Origin: Octopus vulgaris
Lineage: Eukaryota
DNA length: 64,000 nucleotides
Assembly (NCBI GenBank): GCA_951406725.2
Contig: OX597833.1
Location: 20,832,001-20,896,000, forward strand
Direction of reading: 5' to 3'
Position numbers and translations under genes: made by a program. Shown here piece by piece: positions 1-12,400 of this stretch; position 1 is the stretch's first letter, and each line of letters starts with the position of its first letter. Below the pieces are notes generated by a model. The model did not search any database. It was not told the DNA's origin and saw only the letters and a list, made by a program, of their open reading frames with translations.

Positions 1-139
1 GTTCGGCAAAAAGAGACCAATAGAATAAGTACTAAGCTTACAAAGAATAAGTCCTGGGGTCGATTTGCTCGACTAAAAGGCGGTGTTCCAGCATGGCCAC
101 AGACAAATGACTGAAACAAGTAAACGAGTAAAGAGAGAG
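1..139 (+). mobile_element. SINE family A, 3' end
   Basis: Ends GGCGGTGTTCCAGCATGGCCACAGACAAATGACTGAAACAAGTAAA, shared with >15 copies in the window. Confidence 0.85.
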
Positions 140-322
140 AACCAGTGCATGTATCTATTGACATAATGACCCTCCTGAGATACAACGAAATATGTTTCAA
201 CACACAAATTCACATCAAGAATCTTATAAACCAAAAAAAAAAAAAAAAAACCCACTAAAAGAATACTTTGTTATTTGCAATGGAAACATTATCGGTACTG
301 AAAAGCAATCTATATATCTGAT

Positions 323-549
323 TTAACCCTTTTGCATTCACATTATTCTGTCAAAAGTAATGCTTATTTATCCATATGTTTTTAATTAATTTTGCTTTAC
401 CTTGTAGATTTGGGATTTGATGAGGTAGCTGTTAATTTTTTAGAATGATATTGTAGAGTTTATGTAAGAAACCAGATCTAGCCAGTTTGAACATAAAACA
501 GGTAGAATATTTTGGACAGATATGATTGGTTTAAATGCTAAAGAATTAA
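323..549. mobile_element. TTAA-bounded MITE family B (piggyBac-like); other copies at 12244-12535 (with RTE-tail insert) and 15882-16084 (inverted)
   Basis: TTAA-CCCTTTTGCATT...AATGCTAAAGAA-TTAA termini; ~225-bp body shared among copies. Confidence 0.7.
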
Positions 550-750
550 GATGGATATACTAAAAAGTAAGTCACAATACATCTTGAGAAGGTACCACAT
601 ATAAGATGTATAGTGCTAAAAAACACAGAAGTATCAGTAACAGGTGAAAAATGTTCAGTGCTTTTTAGTACTACATGTCTGTATGAGATGCTTTTTCAAG
701 ACAAATACTGCAGTATTGTAGCTTTTCTTTAGTATTTTTTAAAAATATTT

Positions 751-1050
751 ATGAGCCCTTTTCAAGCCTAGGGCACATGGGCCTGGTTTCCCGGTTTCTG
801 TGGTTATGTGTTCCCCCCAGCTGGACGGGATGCCAGTCCATCGCAGCGATACTCAAGAAACAAGAAGAGAGAGTGAGAGAAAGTTGGGGGCGAAAGAGTA
901 CAACAGGGGTCGCCACTAGCCCCTGCTGGAGCTTTTGGAGCTTTAGGTGTTTTCACTCAATAAACACACACAACACCCGGTCTGGAAATTGAAACCGCGA
1001 TCCTCCGACCGTGAATCCACTGCCCTAAGCACTGGGCCATTGCGCCTCCA
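751..1050 (-). mobile_element. tRNA-headed SINE family C (Meta/V-like central domain)
   Basis: Head GGAGGCGCAATGGCCCAGTG with pol III A/B boxes. Contains CTGCGATGGACTGGCATCCCGTCCAG, resembling the MetaSINE/V-SINE domain as recalled. Confidence 0.75.
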
Positions 1051-1552
1051 CTTCCTTTAGTATATCCACATTAAATAATATACATAGAAAAAAAAATTAG
1101 AAATATATTAAAGTGAACTTCATAATTTTATGGTTTTACAACCAGTTATTGACAGTGATGGCAGAGGAGTTGTGGCAATGGCCTGAGCAGAAAAGTTTCA
1201 AGGTGACTTATGACCAGGTGTCTGTGACTGAAGGCAACTCACACTATATTTCTTCATGGATCTTAGCTAGCAGTTAAAAAGGACAGCTGCACTTATTATA
1301 ATATCTTTCCTAAATACATAGGGTTGGGCTTTGGGTGAGCATGCTACTATAGGAAAAACCTCAAGCTACAAAAAAAAGTTTGAAGTGCAAAATCATTGCA
1401 GCAGGTGGCGCAACAATCACAACCAATCCTGCTCGAGCACTTTGCATCACGCATTGCCATTGTCCAGTGCAGGCACACCAAAGTGTAAATTCAAGTAAAT
1501 TATGGACATCCCGATCCCTATTTTTATAACCGACTATCAGATCCATAAATAC

Positions 1553-1781
1553 TATTGGGTTGTCTGGAAAGTTTGTGCCGATTTATAGTAGCTTACTTTT
1601 TTACTTACCCTCCCAGGCACTCCAATTCTGGGAAGAGGGTATTTTCAAGCTAAGGGAAAGATGGAGACGCATTGTGCAACAAAATGGTTCATATTTGGTT
1701 GATTAAAAATGTAATGGCAAGTATTTATTGACCTTTTTCTTTCCCTTAAAAATTGGCACGAACTTTCCGGACAACCCAATA
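1553..1781 (+). mobile_element. Mariner deletion derivative (229 bp)
   Basis: TIRs TATTGGGTTGTCTGGAAAGTTTGTGCCGATTT / AAATTGGCACGAACTTTCCGGACAACCCAATA; retains transposase C-terminus ([22 protein letters not shown]). Confidence 0.88.
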
Positions 1782-2570
1782 ATTTCCATGCAATCTGCTT
1801 TATTTCTATAACTTATGGAGGTGAATGGCTTAGTGGTCAGAGTGTTGCACTCATGATTGTAAAATTGTAGCTTTAATTTCTGAATGGGGCAATGCGCTGT
1901 GTTCTTGAGTGAAACACTTCATTTCACACCGCCACAGTCCACTCATCATCATCGTTTAACGTCTGTTTTCCATGCTAGCATGGGTTGGCTGGTTCGACCG
2001 GGGTCTGGGAAGCCAGGAGGCTGCACCAGGCTCCAGTCTGATCTGGCGGTGTTTCTACAGCTGGATGCCCTTCCTAACGCCAACCACTCCATGAGTGTAG
2101 TGGGTACTTTTTACGTGCCACCAGTACTCAGCTGAATAAAAATGAGTAAACCTGCAATGGAGCAGTGTCTTGTCCAGAGACGAATATATACACCAGGGAA
2201 ACCAGGAAACTGACTCTATGCTCCTTACAGAGTGATGTGGACCCATCAGATCCACAAACACTGATCTCCATGTAATCTGGTTCCATCCTAAAATTTATGG
2301 AGATGCATGGCTAAGTGGTTAGGGTGTTGGACTCATGATTGTAAGATTGTGGTTTCAATTCCTGAACCAGGTGATGCAGTGTGTTCTTGAGCAAGACTCA
2401 TATTTCATGTTGCCCCAGTCTACACAACCGGTAAAAATGAGTAATCCTGCAACACAACAGCATTCCATTCACAGAAACCAGGGAAGCTGACCCTTTGCTC
2501 CTTATGGAGTGATTGTGGACTAACCATCAGACCCACAGATAGTGATTTCCATGCAATCCATAGACCTTGA
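1782..2570 (+). repeat. Old tandem duplication of a tRNA-headed SINE plus flank (two units; first carries an RTE tail at ~1944-2122)
   Basis: Heads at ~1817 and ~2297 with matching upstream flank (TCCATGYAATC) and matching CCATCAGAYCCACA tails. Confidence 0.65.
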
Positions 2571-2939
2571 TGCATTCAGTAGCTCTTTTTGAGGAAAGTG
2601 AGAGGAGGAAACCTATGTTAAGGTACACCTGTTTCTCCTTTCAGTTTTTGAGGAAAGACAACAAACAGTGGATAAGTTTCTTTATTGGCCACACAGGGCT
2701 GCACACAGATGGGACAAGTTACAAGGTAGAGCTTTTCTTTTGGGGGATGAAAAAAACAAAAAGCAAAAAACAAAAGAAACAAAAAAAAGGTGGTGTAGGT
2801 TTTCGATCAAAAGGGATCGTAAAAGGGGAAAAAAGAACAAAAAAAAAGGAAAAGGAACAAAAGAAAAGAGAACTGAAAAAAAAAAGAAGAAATGATAGAA
2901 GAGAATGATAAATATTTTACTGTAATCAGTGCAAGTTTG

Positions 2940-4230
2940 TAAGTGTGTGTGTGTGGGTGGGTCGGGGCATGTGTGTGGAGGGAAAGTGTGTGTGTGTGTG
3001 TGAGTGCATGTGTGTGTGTTGTAGGCATGCATGTATGTGGGGATATGTGCGTGTGTTTGTGTGAGAATGTGTGTGTGTGAGGAACATATGTGTATGTGAA
3101 TGTGTATATGTTTGCGCCCGTATGTGTTTGTGTGAGTGTTTGTGTGTATGCGTGCATTTGTGTATGTGTATGCATGTGTACTTGAGGGAGAGAGAGAAAG
3201 AAAGAGAGTGAGAAAGAGAGTGAGAAAGAGAGAGAGAAAGCAAGAGGAAAAAGAAAAAGGGAGAGAGAGAAAGAGGTATACTGTATGTATTCTTGTGTAA
3301 CCAAAGTGAGTTTGAGAAAGAGAGAGAAAGAAAAGAAAGAGAAGAGAGAAAGAGAGAGAGATGGAAGGAAGGAAGGAAGGACCTGAACCAGGAGCACAAG
3401 CAATGTTAAGGAACTAAAGACTTATTGTTTTCTTCTACCAATTACTCTCATTTATTCATATTTGCCAAGAGCTAAACAACAACAACAACAACAACAACAG
3501 CAGCAGCAGCAGTAGTAGCAATGACACATTGGATAAAGGAGATCCTAAGTGCACGGCTTCTGAATAATATAAAAGGTGGAATGGGCAATAGTGGAATGTC
3601 TTTGATGAATTGGTTTCTCGCTTCAGGATTAACCTAGACTTAAGAAACAGCAACAACAACAACAACAAAGGAGGTATTGAATAATGCTGTCTTAACTACA
3701 TTGTGTGTGAAGAAAAATAGATGGGATCGCCATGGCTGGAAGCACCTTTGGTGAAGAGGTTTCCTCCAGGATCAGGACTGACCTGGAGGTAATCATAATA
3801 ATCATCCTCATTGTTGTTGTTATTGTTATCACCATCACCACGGACAGAGAAGGAGGAGGAGGAGGAAGAGGAGAAGAAGAAGAAGATAATCATAATAATC
3901 ATCATCATTGTTGTCATCATCACCATCACCACCGACAGAGAAAGAGGAGGAGGAGGGGGAGGAGGAGGAGGAGGAGAAGAAGAAGAAGAAGAAGAAGAAG
4001 AAGAAGAAGAAGAAGAAGAAGAAGAAGAAGAAGAAGAAGAAGAAGAAGAAGAAGAATGGAGACATTGAATAATGTTGTCTTAACTATACTGTATCTGAAG
4101 AAAAATAGATGGGATCACCATGGCTGGAAACCATGAACAGGTTTCTTGGGTCAGGACTGGCCAGAGCTAATTATATCATCATCATTACCATTGTCAGTGA
4201 CATGGATGAGTAGGAGGAGGAGGTGAATAA
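2940..4230. repeat. Compound microsatellite zone: (TG)n, (GA)n, (CAA/CAG)n, (CAT)n, (GGA)n, pure (GAA)~27 at 3976-4056
   Basis: Read directly; explains the overlapping low-complexity ORFs. Confidence 0.95.
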
Positions 4231-4232
4231 CA

Positions 4233-4454
4233 ATAATAATCCTTTCTACTAAAGGCACAAGGCCTGAAATTTTGTGGGAAGGGACTTGTCGATTACACTG
4301 CTCCCAGTGTTTCACTGGTGCTTAATTTACCGACCCTGAAAGGATGAAAGGCAGAGTCAACCTTGGCAGAATTTGAACTCAGAATGTAAAGACGGATGAA
4401 ATGCCGCTAAGCATTTTGCCAGGTATGCTAACAATTCTGTCAGCTCACCACCTT

Positions 4455-4455
<1 letters not shown>
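4233..4455 (-). mobile_element. SINE family D (Deu/Nin-like domain); other copies at ~4905-5045(-), ~10090-10530(+), 53401-53820(+), ~63220-63330(-), 63331-63590(+)
   Basis: Shared GCCTTTCATCCTTTC(G/A)GGGTCG(A/G)TAAATTAAG(T/C)ACCAG core (Deu/Nin domain as recalled) and tRNA-like head. Confidence 0.75.
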
Positions 4456-4497
<42 letters not shown>

Positions 4498-4499
<2 letters not shown>

Positions 4500-4862
4500 C
4501 ACAAACCTGAAGGCATTGTCGAAAATAGAAATGCAAAGATCTTATGGGATTTTATGATTCAGTGTGACCATGAGATAGAGAATAGGAAGCCGGACATAGT
4601 CTTAATTGAGAAAGAAAACAAACTATGCAGGATCATAGATATAGCATGCCCAGCTGACAACAAGGTAGGCGATAAGGAAGAAAGAAAAGTCGAGAGATAT
4701 GACAAGTTAGCTTGGGTGGGGCTTTCAGAAAACAGCACTGCTTGGAACCGCTCGAATAGTCCGGAAGGTGCTCGTAAAATAAGAGGTGCTACCTTAGTTC
4801 ACTGGTAGTGAACAGCTAACACTGTAGTACATCTCCAGTGTTAGAAGCTGTGCAAAGGCAAT
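4498..4862 (+). mobile_element. 5'-truncated RLE-type non-LTR retrotransposon (R4/Dong-like) inside an (AAT)n tract
   Basis: Encodes KILWDFMIQCDHEIENRKPDIVLIEK...IIDIACP...KVERY (PD..D restriction-like endonuclease); (AAT)n on both sides. Confidence 0.85.
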
Positions 4863-5161
4863 TATAATAATAATAATAATAATAATAATAGTAATAATAA
4901 TAATCTTTTCTACTATAGGCACAAGGCCAGCAATTTTTGAGAAGGGAGTAAGTTGATTACATTGACTCGAGTGTTTGACTGGTATGTATTTCATTGACCC
5001 CAAATAGATGAAAGGCAGAGTGGACCTTGATGGTATTTGAACTCCGGTAATGATAATAATATTAATGGTAATAATATTAATGGAAACACCTTTGCTGAAT
5101 ACAGGTTTCCTGGATCAAGACTCACATTGAACTAATCATAACAACAACAACAACCACTTAC

Positions 5162-5385
5162 TTGGAAAGATTAAAGATAGTGACCAGCTTTCGTCCGATC
5201 ATTTTGGCCTCTTTGAAACCATCCGAAAAGAGGATGACTTCAGCAATTTGCTCATTGTCAGGCTTGGACATGGCCACTGGCCGAAATAGCTGCTTCAGAT
5301 TGTCCGGTAGTTTCTGCCGGCCTCCATAACCTTTACCTGCAGGGTTCATTGTTATGAAGATACCAGAGTTATGGTCAATTTCAAT
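5162..5385 (-). CDS. DYNC2H1: DYNC2H1 exon L (224 nt; [36 protein letters not shown]...IFNLS)
   Basis: Within ORF 5158..5478; cag acceptor, gtaagt donor; sensor I region FITMNP. Confidence 0.97.
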
Positions 5386-6258
5386 CTGAAAGACAAAAAA
5401 AATAAATAAAATAAAATAAAAAAAAAATAAAAAAAAAGGGAAATAGCAAATGGATGGAATATTCCAAAATTTAAACAATGCTTAAATTTGCATGTGTGTG
5501 TGTGTGTATTTGTGTATATGTTTGTGCAATGTGTGCTTGTTTTCGTGTGTGAAAGATGTTTGTGGATGTATGTAACACATACAGGATGTTCATAAATTAT
5601 CTTTACACCTTCCATAATTTATTGTCTATGTGTAGTGTGCAACCAGTGGAGCCCATGTGGAAGTGTTCTGATGTTTCTAATAAAGCTTTATCTGTTTGCC
5701 TCTGTTTTCCAATAAATTCAGCTGAGTTATCCTTATTTTTCACTTTCTTATGTATTTTTCAAAGTGTAAAGGTAATTTATGGACACACAGTGAGTCATAG
5801 AAGGGTGAGAATGCTACACACATACAGTGTATATATGTCTATGCCAATGCCAGTGAGAGGAAAGAGAAAGTAAAGAATGAGTGAGAGAGAAGGAGGGAGA
5901 AGGAAAGGAGAGAGTATCAGAAACCAATAATGTCACAGAGGCAGCAGTTGAACACCTCATATGTATATAATGTATCTAAATCATGGCTGTGTGGTAAGAA
6001 GCTTGCTTTCCAACCACATGGTTCTAGGTTCAGTCCCATTGTGTGGTACCTTAGGCAAGTGCCTTTTACTTTAGCCTCAGGCTAACCAAAGCCTTGTGAG
6101 TGGATTTGGCAGACAGAAACTGAAATAAGCCTGTCATATATATATATAAATTAGAGACAAAACCACTATTAGGCAACTCAAAAAGTGATAGACATAAACC
6201 AAAACATAAATAAAACATATAACTTATAACTAGATCTCAAAAAGTATAAAAATGAATG

Positions 6259-6299
<41 letters not shown>

Positions 6300-6398
6300 A
6301 TTTATATATTTATACTGTGAAATTTGATTTAATACTAAACTGAATTTTTCCCTGTAAGTTTGGAGTTATACTCCGTATTATTATTATTATTATTATTG

Positions 6399-6448
<50 letters not shown>

Positions 6449-9400
6449 ATAACACAGACACTCCATAGGTTACAATAATGATGGTTCCACTTGATCTGAT
6501 CAAATGAACAATCTGCTCTTGAAATTAATGTGCAAGCACTAGTGTAGCTAGAGTGTGTGCTGCCTGGGGCGGCTCTTCCGTTTGTCACCCCACCAGACCC
6601 CACAAAAAAAAAAACACATTGCCAACATTAGACCCCAAAATGCCACCTGGAGTGGACTGCCTTTATTGATTCCCCCCTAGCTATGCTAGTGTGTGCAAGT
6701 GTCTGAGCACTCCAGAAACACAGGTACCCTTAATGTAGTTCTCAAGGAGATTCAGTGTGACACAAAGTGTGACAAGACTGGCCCTTCAAAATACAGGTGC
6801 TACTCATTTTTTCCAGCTGAGTGGAGCAGAGTAATGTGAAATAGAGTGTCTTACTCAAGGATGCAATGTACTGCCAAGAATTGAACTCACAACCATATGA
6901 TAGTGAACCAAATACTCTAACCACTAAGCCATTGTGCCTTTACACACAATCTCATTTACATTTCACCTCGCTTTGAAGTATGCTGTGTTTTTCTTTTCAA
7001 CACTACATGTCTTCAGACAGAATACTGCAGCTTTGTAGTATCTGAAAACACATATACATTAAATATGTGATATTGATAATGCTTACATTATCGAGATATT
7101 TCTAACACAAACTTTGAATTTTATTCTACTTGTGCTGTGCTTTTGCACATCAGCAAATAGATTTTATGCTATTTGTATATATACTTTCAGCTAGCTGTCA
7201 CGGTTTACTACAGAAGTGGAAGGGTATGTGACACTGATGAGCAGAAATAACTACAAAATATCAGTATCCGTCACTCATTTACATTTCACCTAGCTTTGAA
7301 GTATGCTGTGTTTTTCTTTTCAACACCGCATGTCTTCAGACAGAATACTGCAGCTTTGTAGTATCTGAAAACACATATACGTTAAATATGTGATATTGAT
7401 AATGCTTACATTATCGAGATATTTCTAACACAAACTTTGAATTTTATTCTACTTCTGTTGTGCTTTTTCACATCAGCAAATAGATTTTATGCTATTTGTA
7501 TATATATTTCTAGCTAGCTGGCTGCGGATTCATCTCAGAGGTGGGGTAAGTAAATAATACTAATGAAACAGTGAAAACTGTGAAATATCAATATCTGTCA
7601 TTCAAATTCAATTCCAAGGTGATTTTGTTTCACCTAGCTTTGGATTATACTGTGTTTTTTTAACACTATATGTCTTTAAAGAGATCCCTTAGACAAAATA
7701 CCACAGCTACAAATGTTTAATAACACATGTACATTCAGTATGTGACATTGATATGATGTGTAATACCAAGCTGCTTCTAACACAAAATCTGACGATGATG
7801 ATGATGATAATGATGATGTTGATGGTGGTGATAATGATGCTGCTGCTGTTGATGATGGTCATGACATAAATGGTGATGTGAAGATAATGATGTTAATGAA
7901 AATGATAACCGTGATAATGATGATGATGTTAATGATATTAATGGTGATGTGAAGATAATGATATTAATGAAAATAATAAAGATTATGATGATGATGATGA
8001 AGATGAGCATGATGATGATGATGACGATGGTGATGATGATCACATCACTGTAGCTGCATGAAACTGTTCTTACATTTTTACCGAGTAATTCCATGTGTTT
8101 TGATTTGTTTTTGATAGCATCTTGGATGACTTGGATTTGCATGGAGACAGCTGACAGCACTGGCGGTTCCAGTCGATTGAATTCATCAAAACAGCCCCAG
8201 GCACCACATTTGACAAGGCCAATGAAGATACGCCCCATTGACTTCACGTCTAGACTCTGCAAACATGTCAAAGAAAAAAAGTCATTCACAAACAAAAAAT
8301 GAAATTTACTGGAATGGTAAAGAAAAGAAGTTGAAGCAGCAGGGTGGAGGGGAGAGGGTGTTATAAGAGTATTAGACAATGGTGGTGGGAAAGGCTGGGG
8401 TGGACAATAAGGATTTTTTCATATATTGCTGGAAGGCCAGAAATATTTAAAAGAGGTGGGTGCTGTTGATGGAATCAGCCTTTGGCACCATACTGCTTCT
8501 TAGTTCATCAATCCTGGAATAGCAGAGTTTGAACCCAAAATATACAACATAAGCCATCTCAGTCCAGCTTGCTACCATTTTTGACCCTCTCTTATCCTTT
8601 AGTGGAAGATGATAATAAATAAGAACAAAACACTGAAAGGTCTGTGCTAGGAACCTCTTGAAGGCATCAACTCAAAGTTGGAAGTATAGAGAAGCATAAG
8701 TGGAACTGTCCTGCCATCTTCTTTCAAAGAATGTCTCACCAGACTGTTTGGGTATCACTGAAGAATTTTGACTTGATGTAAAGATTTAAGAGAGGAAGAC
8801 AGAATGATGTGGGATCCAACAGCCTTCTTTTATATTTCTTTGATATCCATGTGTCTTGTGAAGCCATGGAATTTTGCATTATTACAGAGCCAGGAATTGA
8901 GGTGCAGCCCGACACAGGAGGAGCAATCAACTCCTGTGTTGGTGGCATTGAAGTCACTTGTGCAAGGCACATGTTTCAGTCGATTGTAAGGAAATCCTGG
9001 GTTACCTAAATGCCAAAATACCTCTCGCTTGGCCTCACTGTCCAACAAAAGCAGAAAAGTACATTTTGCCCTGGTTTGGACAAAAATCCTGCATGCAGAG
9101 TCTTATTTTTAGCTATGAGGTGTGTGCCTGTGTGTGTGCAGAAAGAATGGTGGGTGGGGCACTAGATACAAGAGCAGATTATAACGGTAAATACAGTGTA
9201 TATATTCTTGAAAAAATCGACTCAATCATCTCTTTAGTACAAAAATAGTGGGATGATAAATGAATCCAGCCATTTGACAAAAAGTTTAAAAGGAAAATAA
9301 TAAACATTTGAAAAATATTCAGCCTTTTTAACAATTGAGAAATTACTTGAATTTTTTTTTTTTTTAGTGTTTTTGAGATTTGTGTGTTTTTTCTTTATAT

Positions 9401-12400
9401 CTTAAAATGATGAATTACACTCTGGAATTAAAACCTTTCTTAGAATTGGTTGAAGTGAGAACAAAAGGAAAAAAAAAATTCCCTACCTCATCACAATTGA
9501 ATACAAGAACTTGTCGACCAAAAAGTCCACCGAGGGCTTTGACAGACTCTGTTTTGCCAGTTCCAGCAGGGCCATAAGGGTTACCACCAAGACCCATATG
9601 CATTCCTAGTTGATAAGAACAAAAAGTAAAGAATTATTCAATAAAAAAGTGCAAACTAGATAATGACAATGTGCAGCAATGTGAAGAAGAAGATTCTAAC
9701 ATTATGGGTTAATCCTTTCTACATGAAAGTCTTGTTGTTGTTTGTTCCTTTTTGAGCCATGCCTGGCTCATAAGGGCTGGTTTCCCTGTTTCCTTGGCGT
9801 ATAGGTTCCCCACCTGGACAGGACGCCGGTCCGTCGCAGGTGAGCTGCAAGTTGCAGGAGGAAAGAGTGAGAGAAAGTTGTGGCGAAAGAGTCAGCAAAA
9901 GTTCGCCATTACCTTCTGCTGGAGCTGTGTGGAGCTTACGTGTTTCGCTCATAAATAGACACATCGCCCAGTCTGAGATTCGAACCCGCGATCCTTTGAC
10001 CGCGAGTCCGCTACTCTAACCACTAAGCCATGTGCCTCCAGTACATGAAAGTCTTATAACTCTCTTTCCTTTTTATCAAGCTAGCATGGTTTCATTATTT
10101 ACAACAAATAAGACAGTGTGTTGGCAGAATCATTAGAATGCTGGACAAAAGGTTTAGTGGAAATTCATTTGGCTTCTTTTTCTTCTTCTTCTTCATCATC
10201 ATCATCGTTATTATCTAATGACTATTTTCCATCAGGTTTGACAGAGGCTGGTGAAGCTGGGGGGGGGCACACACACCAAGCTCCATTATCTACTCTGGTA
10301 TGGTTTCTATGTCTGGATGCCCTTCCTCATGCCAACCACTATACAGAGTGTACTGGGTGCTTTTTACATTGCACCAGCACCAGAGTTCAAATTCCACTGA
10401 AGATGACTTTGCCCTTCATCTTTTCAGAGTCAATAAAATAAGTACCAGTTACACACTGGGGTTGATGTAATTGACTGGCTCCACCCTCAACTAAAAATTT
10501 CAGGCCTTGTGCGTAGGGAAGATTATTTACAGCAAACAATGCAAAGAAAACAAGACAGCAAGTAAAAATGTCTATTTCAGCAATGAAGTGTTGAGTAACC
10601 ATAGAGACTGCAAACAACTTGCTTCTGCAAGTGCTGTCAATTGGAAGCCCTGCATACCAGACACCGGCTTCAGGAGTCACCAGGAGAAACTGTGCACTGA
10701 TTCAGGAGGGCCTTCCTCTAAATGGCTTTGCAGCGCATCAGCTCTGCTCCCTCATTGATGTGAGGTCTCTCCTACTGGATTGACTAACAAGTATTCAATC
10801 TCAGGGGAGGGGCTATTAACAGTTTCGTGGAGAATGATATGGATAGTCGGGTCCCTCAAGGACCCGACTTGTATTGACAGCCCAGAGTGGCCTTCACAGG
10901 AGGCTGCTCTAGTGCTGGAAAGAAAGTACTGTGATCTTATAACTGACTCGTGTAAAAATGAGAATTATAGAATTCCTTTTTGGAGCCCCAGATTGCGGTT
11001 GCAGGAATGCCTGCAAGTTGCAAGAAAATGACTAGGGGAAAGATTGTAAAGGTTTATCGTCTCCAATTTGTGTATAAATTGTGTTTTATAATTGTATGGA
11101 TTTTTTAGTCCAAATATAATGTATTTTAAATTGTAAGAGGGTTAATACATCTGTAAATGCATTTTTTTTATGGTGGCACGTAAAAAAACCTCAAGCTAGT
11201 TGGGGCCGTTGCCAGCCTCGTCAGGTCCCCGTGCCGGTAGCACGTAAAAAGCACCATCAGATTGTGGCTGTTTGCCAGCCTCATCTGGCCCCCGTGCCGG
11301 TGGCACGTAAAAAGCACCCACTACACTCTCAGAGTGGTTGGCGTTAGGAAGGGCATCCAGCTGTAGAAACACTGCCAGATCAGACTGGGCCTGGCGCAGC
11401 CTTCTGGCTTCCCAGACCCCAGTTGAACCGCCCAACCCATGCCTGCATGGAAAACGGACGTTAAACGATGATGATGATGATGATGAATATTTTAGAGAAG
11501 CAGAGGGTCGGCGGGTGCTTTCTGTCTTCTCCCATCTTTATCATTTTTGGATCATAATCATTCGCCTCATCAATGTCTGCGTCCCGATCTATGTGCTGCC
11601 CGATCTATGTGCTACCCGATCTATGTGCTGCCTACATGGCAAATTTAATGAATAAAGCTAGTATTCAGTCTGAAGTCTTTCAACTTGGGATCAACACCAC
11701 CATTCAAATTGTGGACTCATACAGGTGTGACTTGCCATGCAGGTAAACAAGTACCTGCCTTGCACCTGTACATTACTTCTTTAACTCAGTTTCATTCATT
11801 CCTTTTCAACTATATTGACTCGAGCACTATTTGGTTTCTAGATTGAGCAAGTCAAGCAACTACACTTCTGAATCAGATCTTAAAGATACTTAAAGCAGCA
11901 CTGGAGATTCTTCTGTGATCACTGATTTAAATATTAATTAGGATTGACATTTTCTTAACCTTGGTATTTTCTATCTGTTAAGATTCCCGCTTCAGTTTCT
12001 ACAATAACGAATGGTTAATTACAAAAGTGTAAAATTTCTCAGCCGATAGCATTTTATATTCAAGAAGATTAATTTCAACTGGATATGCTTTGAGAAGACC
12101 AAACACTATATAACTGGCCATTTACTGAAATCATAAAAATCTCAGGTTGTGAAAGACATTGTGTATTTGATGGCATATAAGATGTATTTTTGGCCCCCGC
12201 AAAAGGTCCCACATGCAAAGTTGGGCTTTCCATAAGCAAAATGTTAACCATTTAGCATTCAGACTACTCTGTCAAAAGTGATGCTTATTTATTCACAATG
12301 TTTTAAACTAATCACAAGCTATCTCGTACCTTCTAAATTTTGATGGTTCCACCCATGCCAGCATGGAAGGCGGACATTAAACGATGATGATGTTTATTAT

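Noticed and set aside
2567-4136. Long overlapping ORFs (poly-E/R/F/K, HT repeats); likewise 18850-19214, 20705-21248, 42286-43049, 44227-44631, 61413-62672
   Set aside because: Translations of stop-poor microsatellites and purine tracts; no domain content.
1-5161. Next DYNC2H1 exon (expected ...QxHYDWGLR...)
   Set aside because: Not found by eye on the minus strand, so it presumably lies left of the window. Likewise no upstream exon was seen in 62818-64000.
8600-9250. Possible decayed transposase or nested gene in intron J-K
   Set aside because: Several short ORFs but no motif I can recognise with confidence.
9487-9605. Assignment to dynein-1 (DYNC1H1) or an axonemal DNAH
   Set aside because: [24 protein letters not shown] and the [16 protein letters not shown] insert fit dynein-2 as recalled.
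11578-11635. Three copies of CCCGATCTATGTGCT(G/A)
   Set aside because: Simple 16-bp minisatellite with no supporting context.
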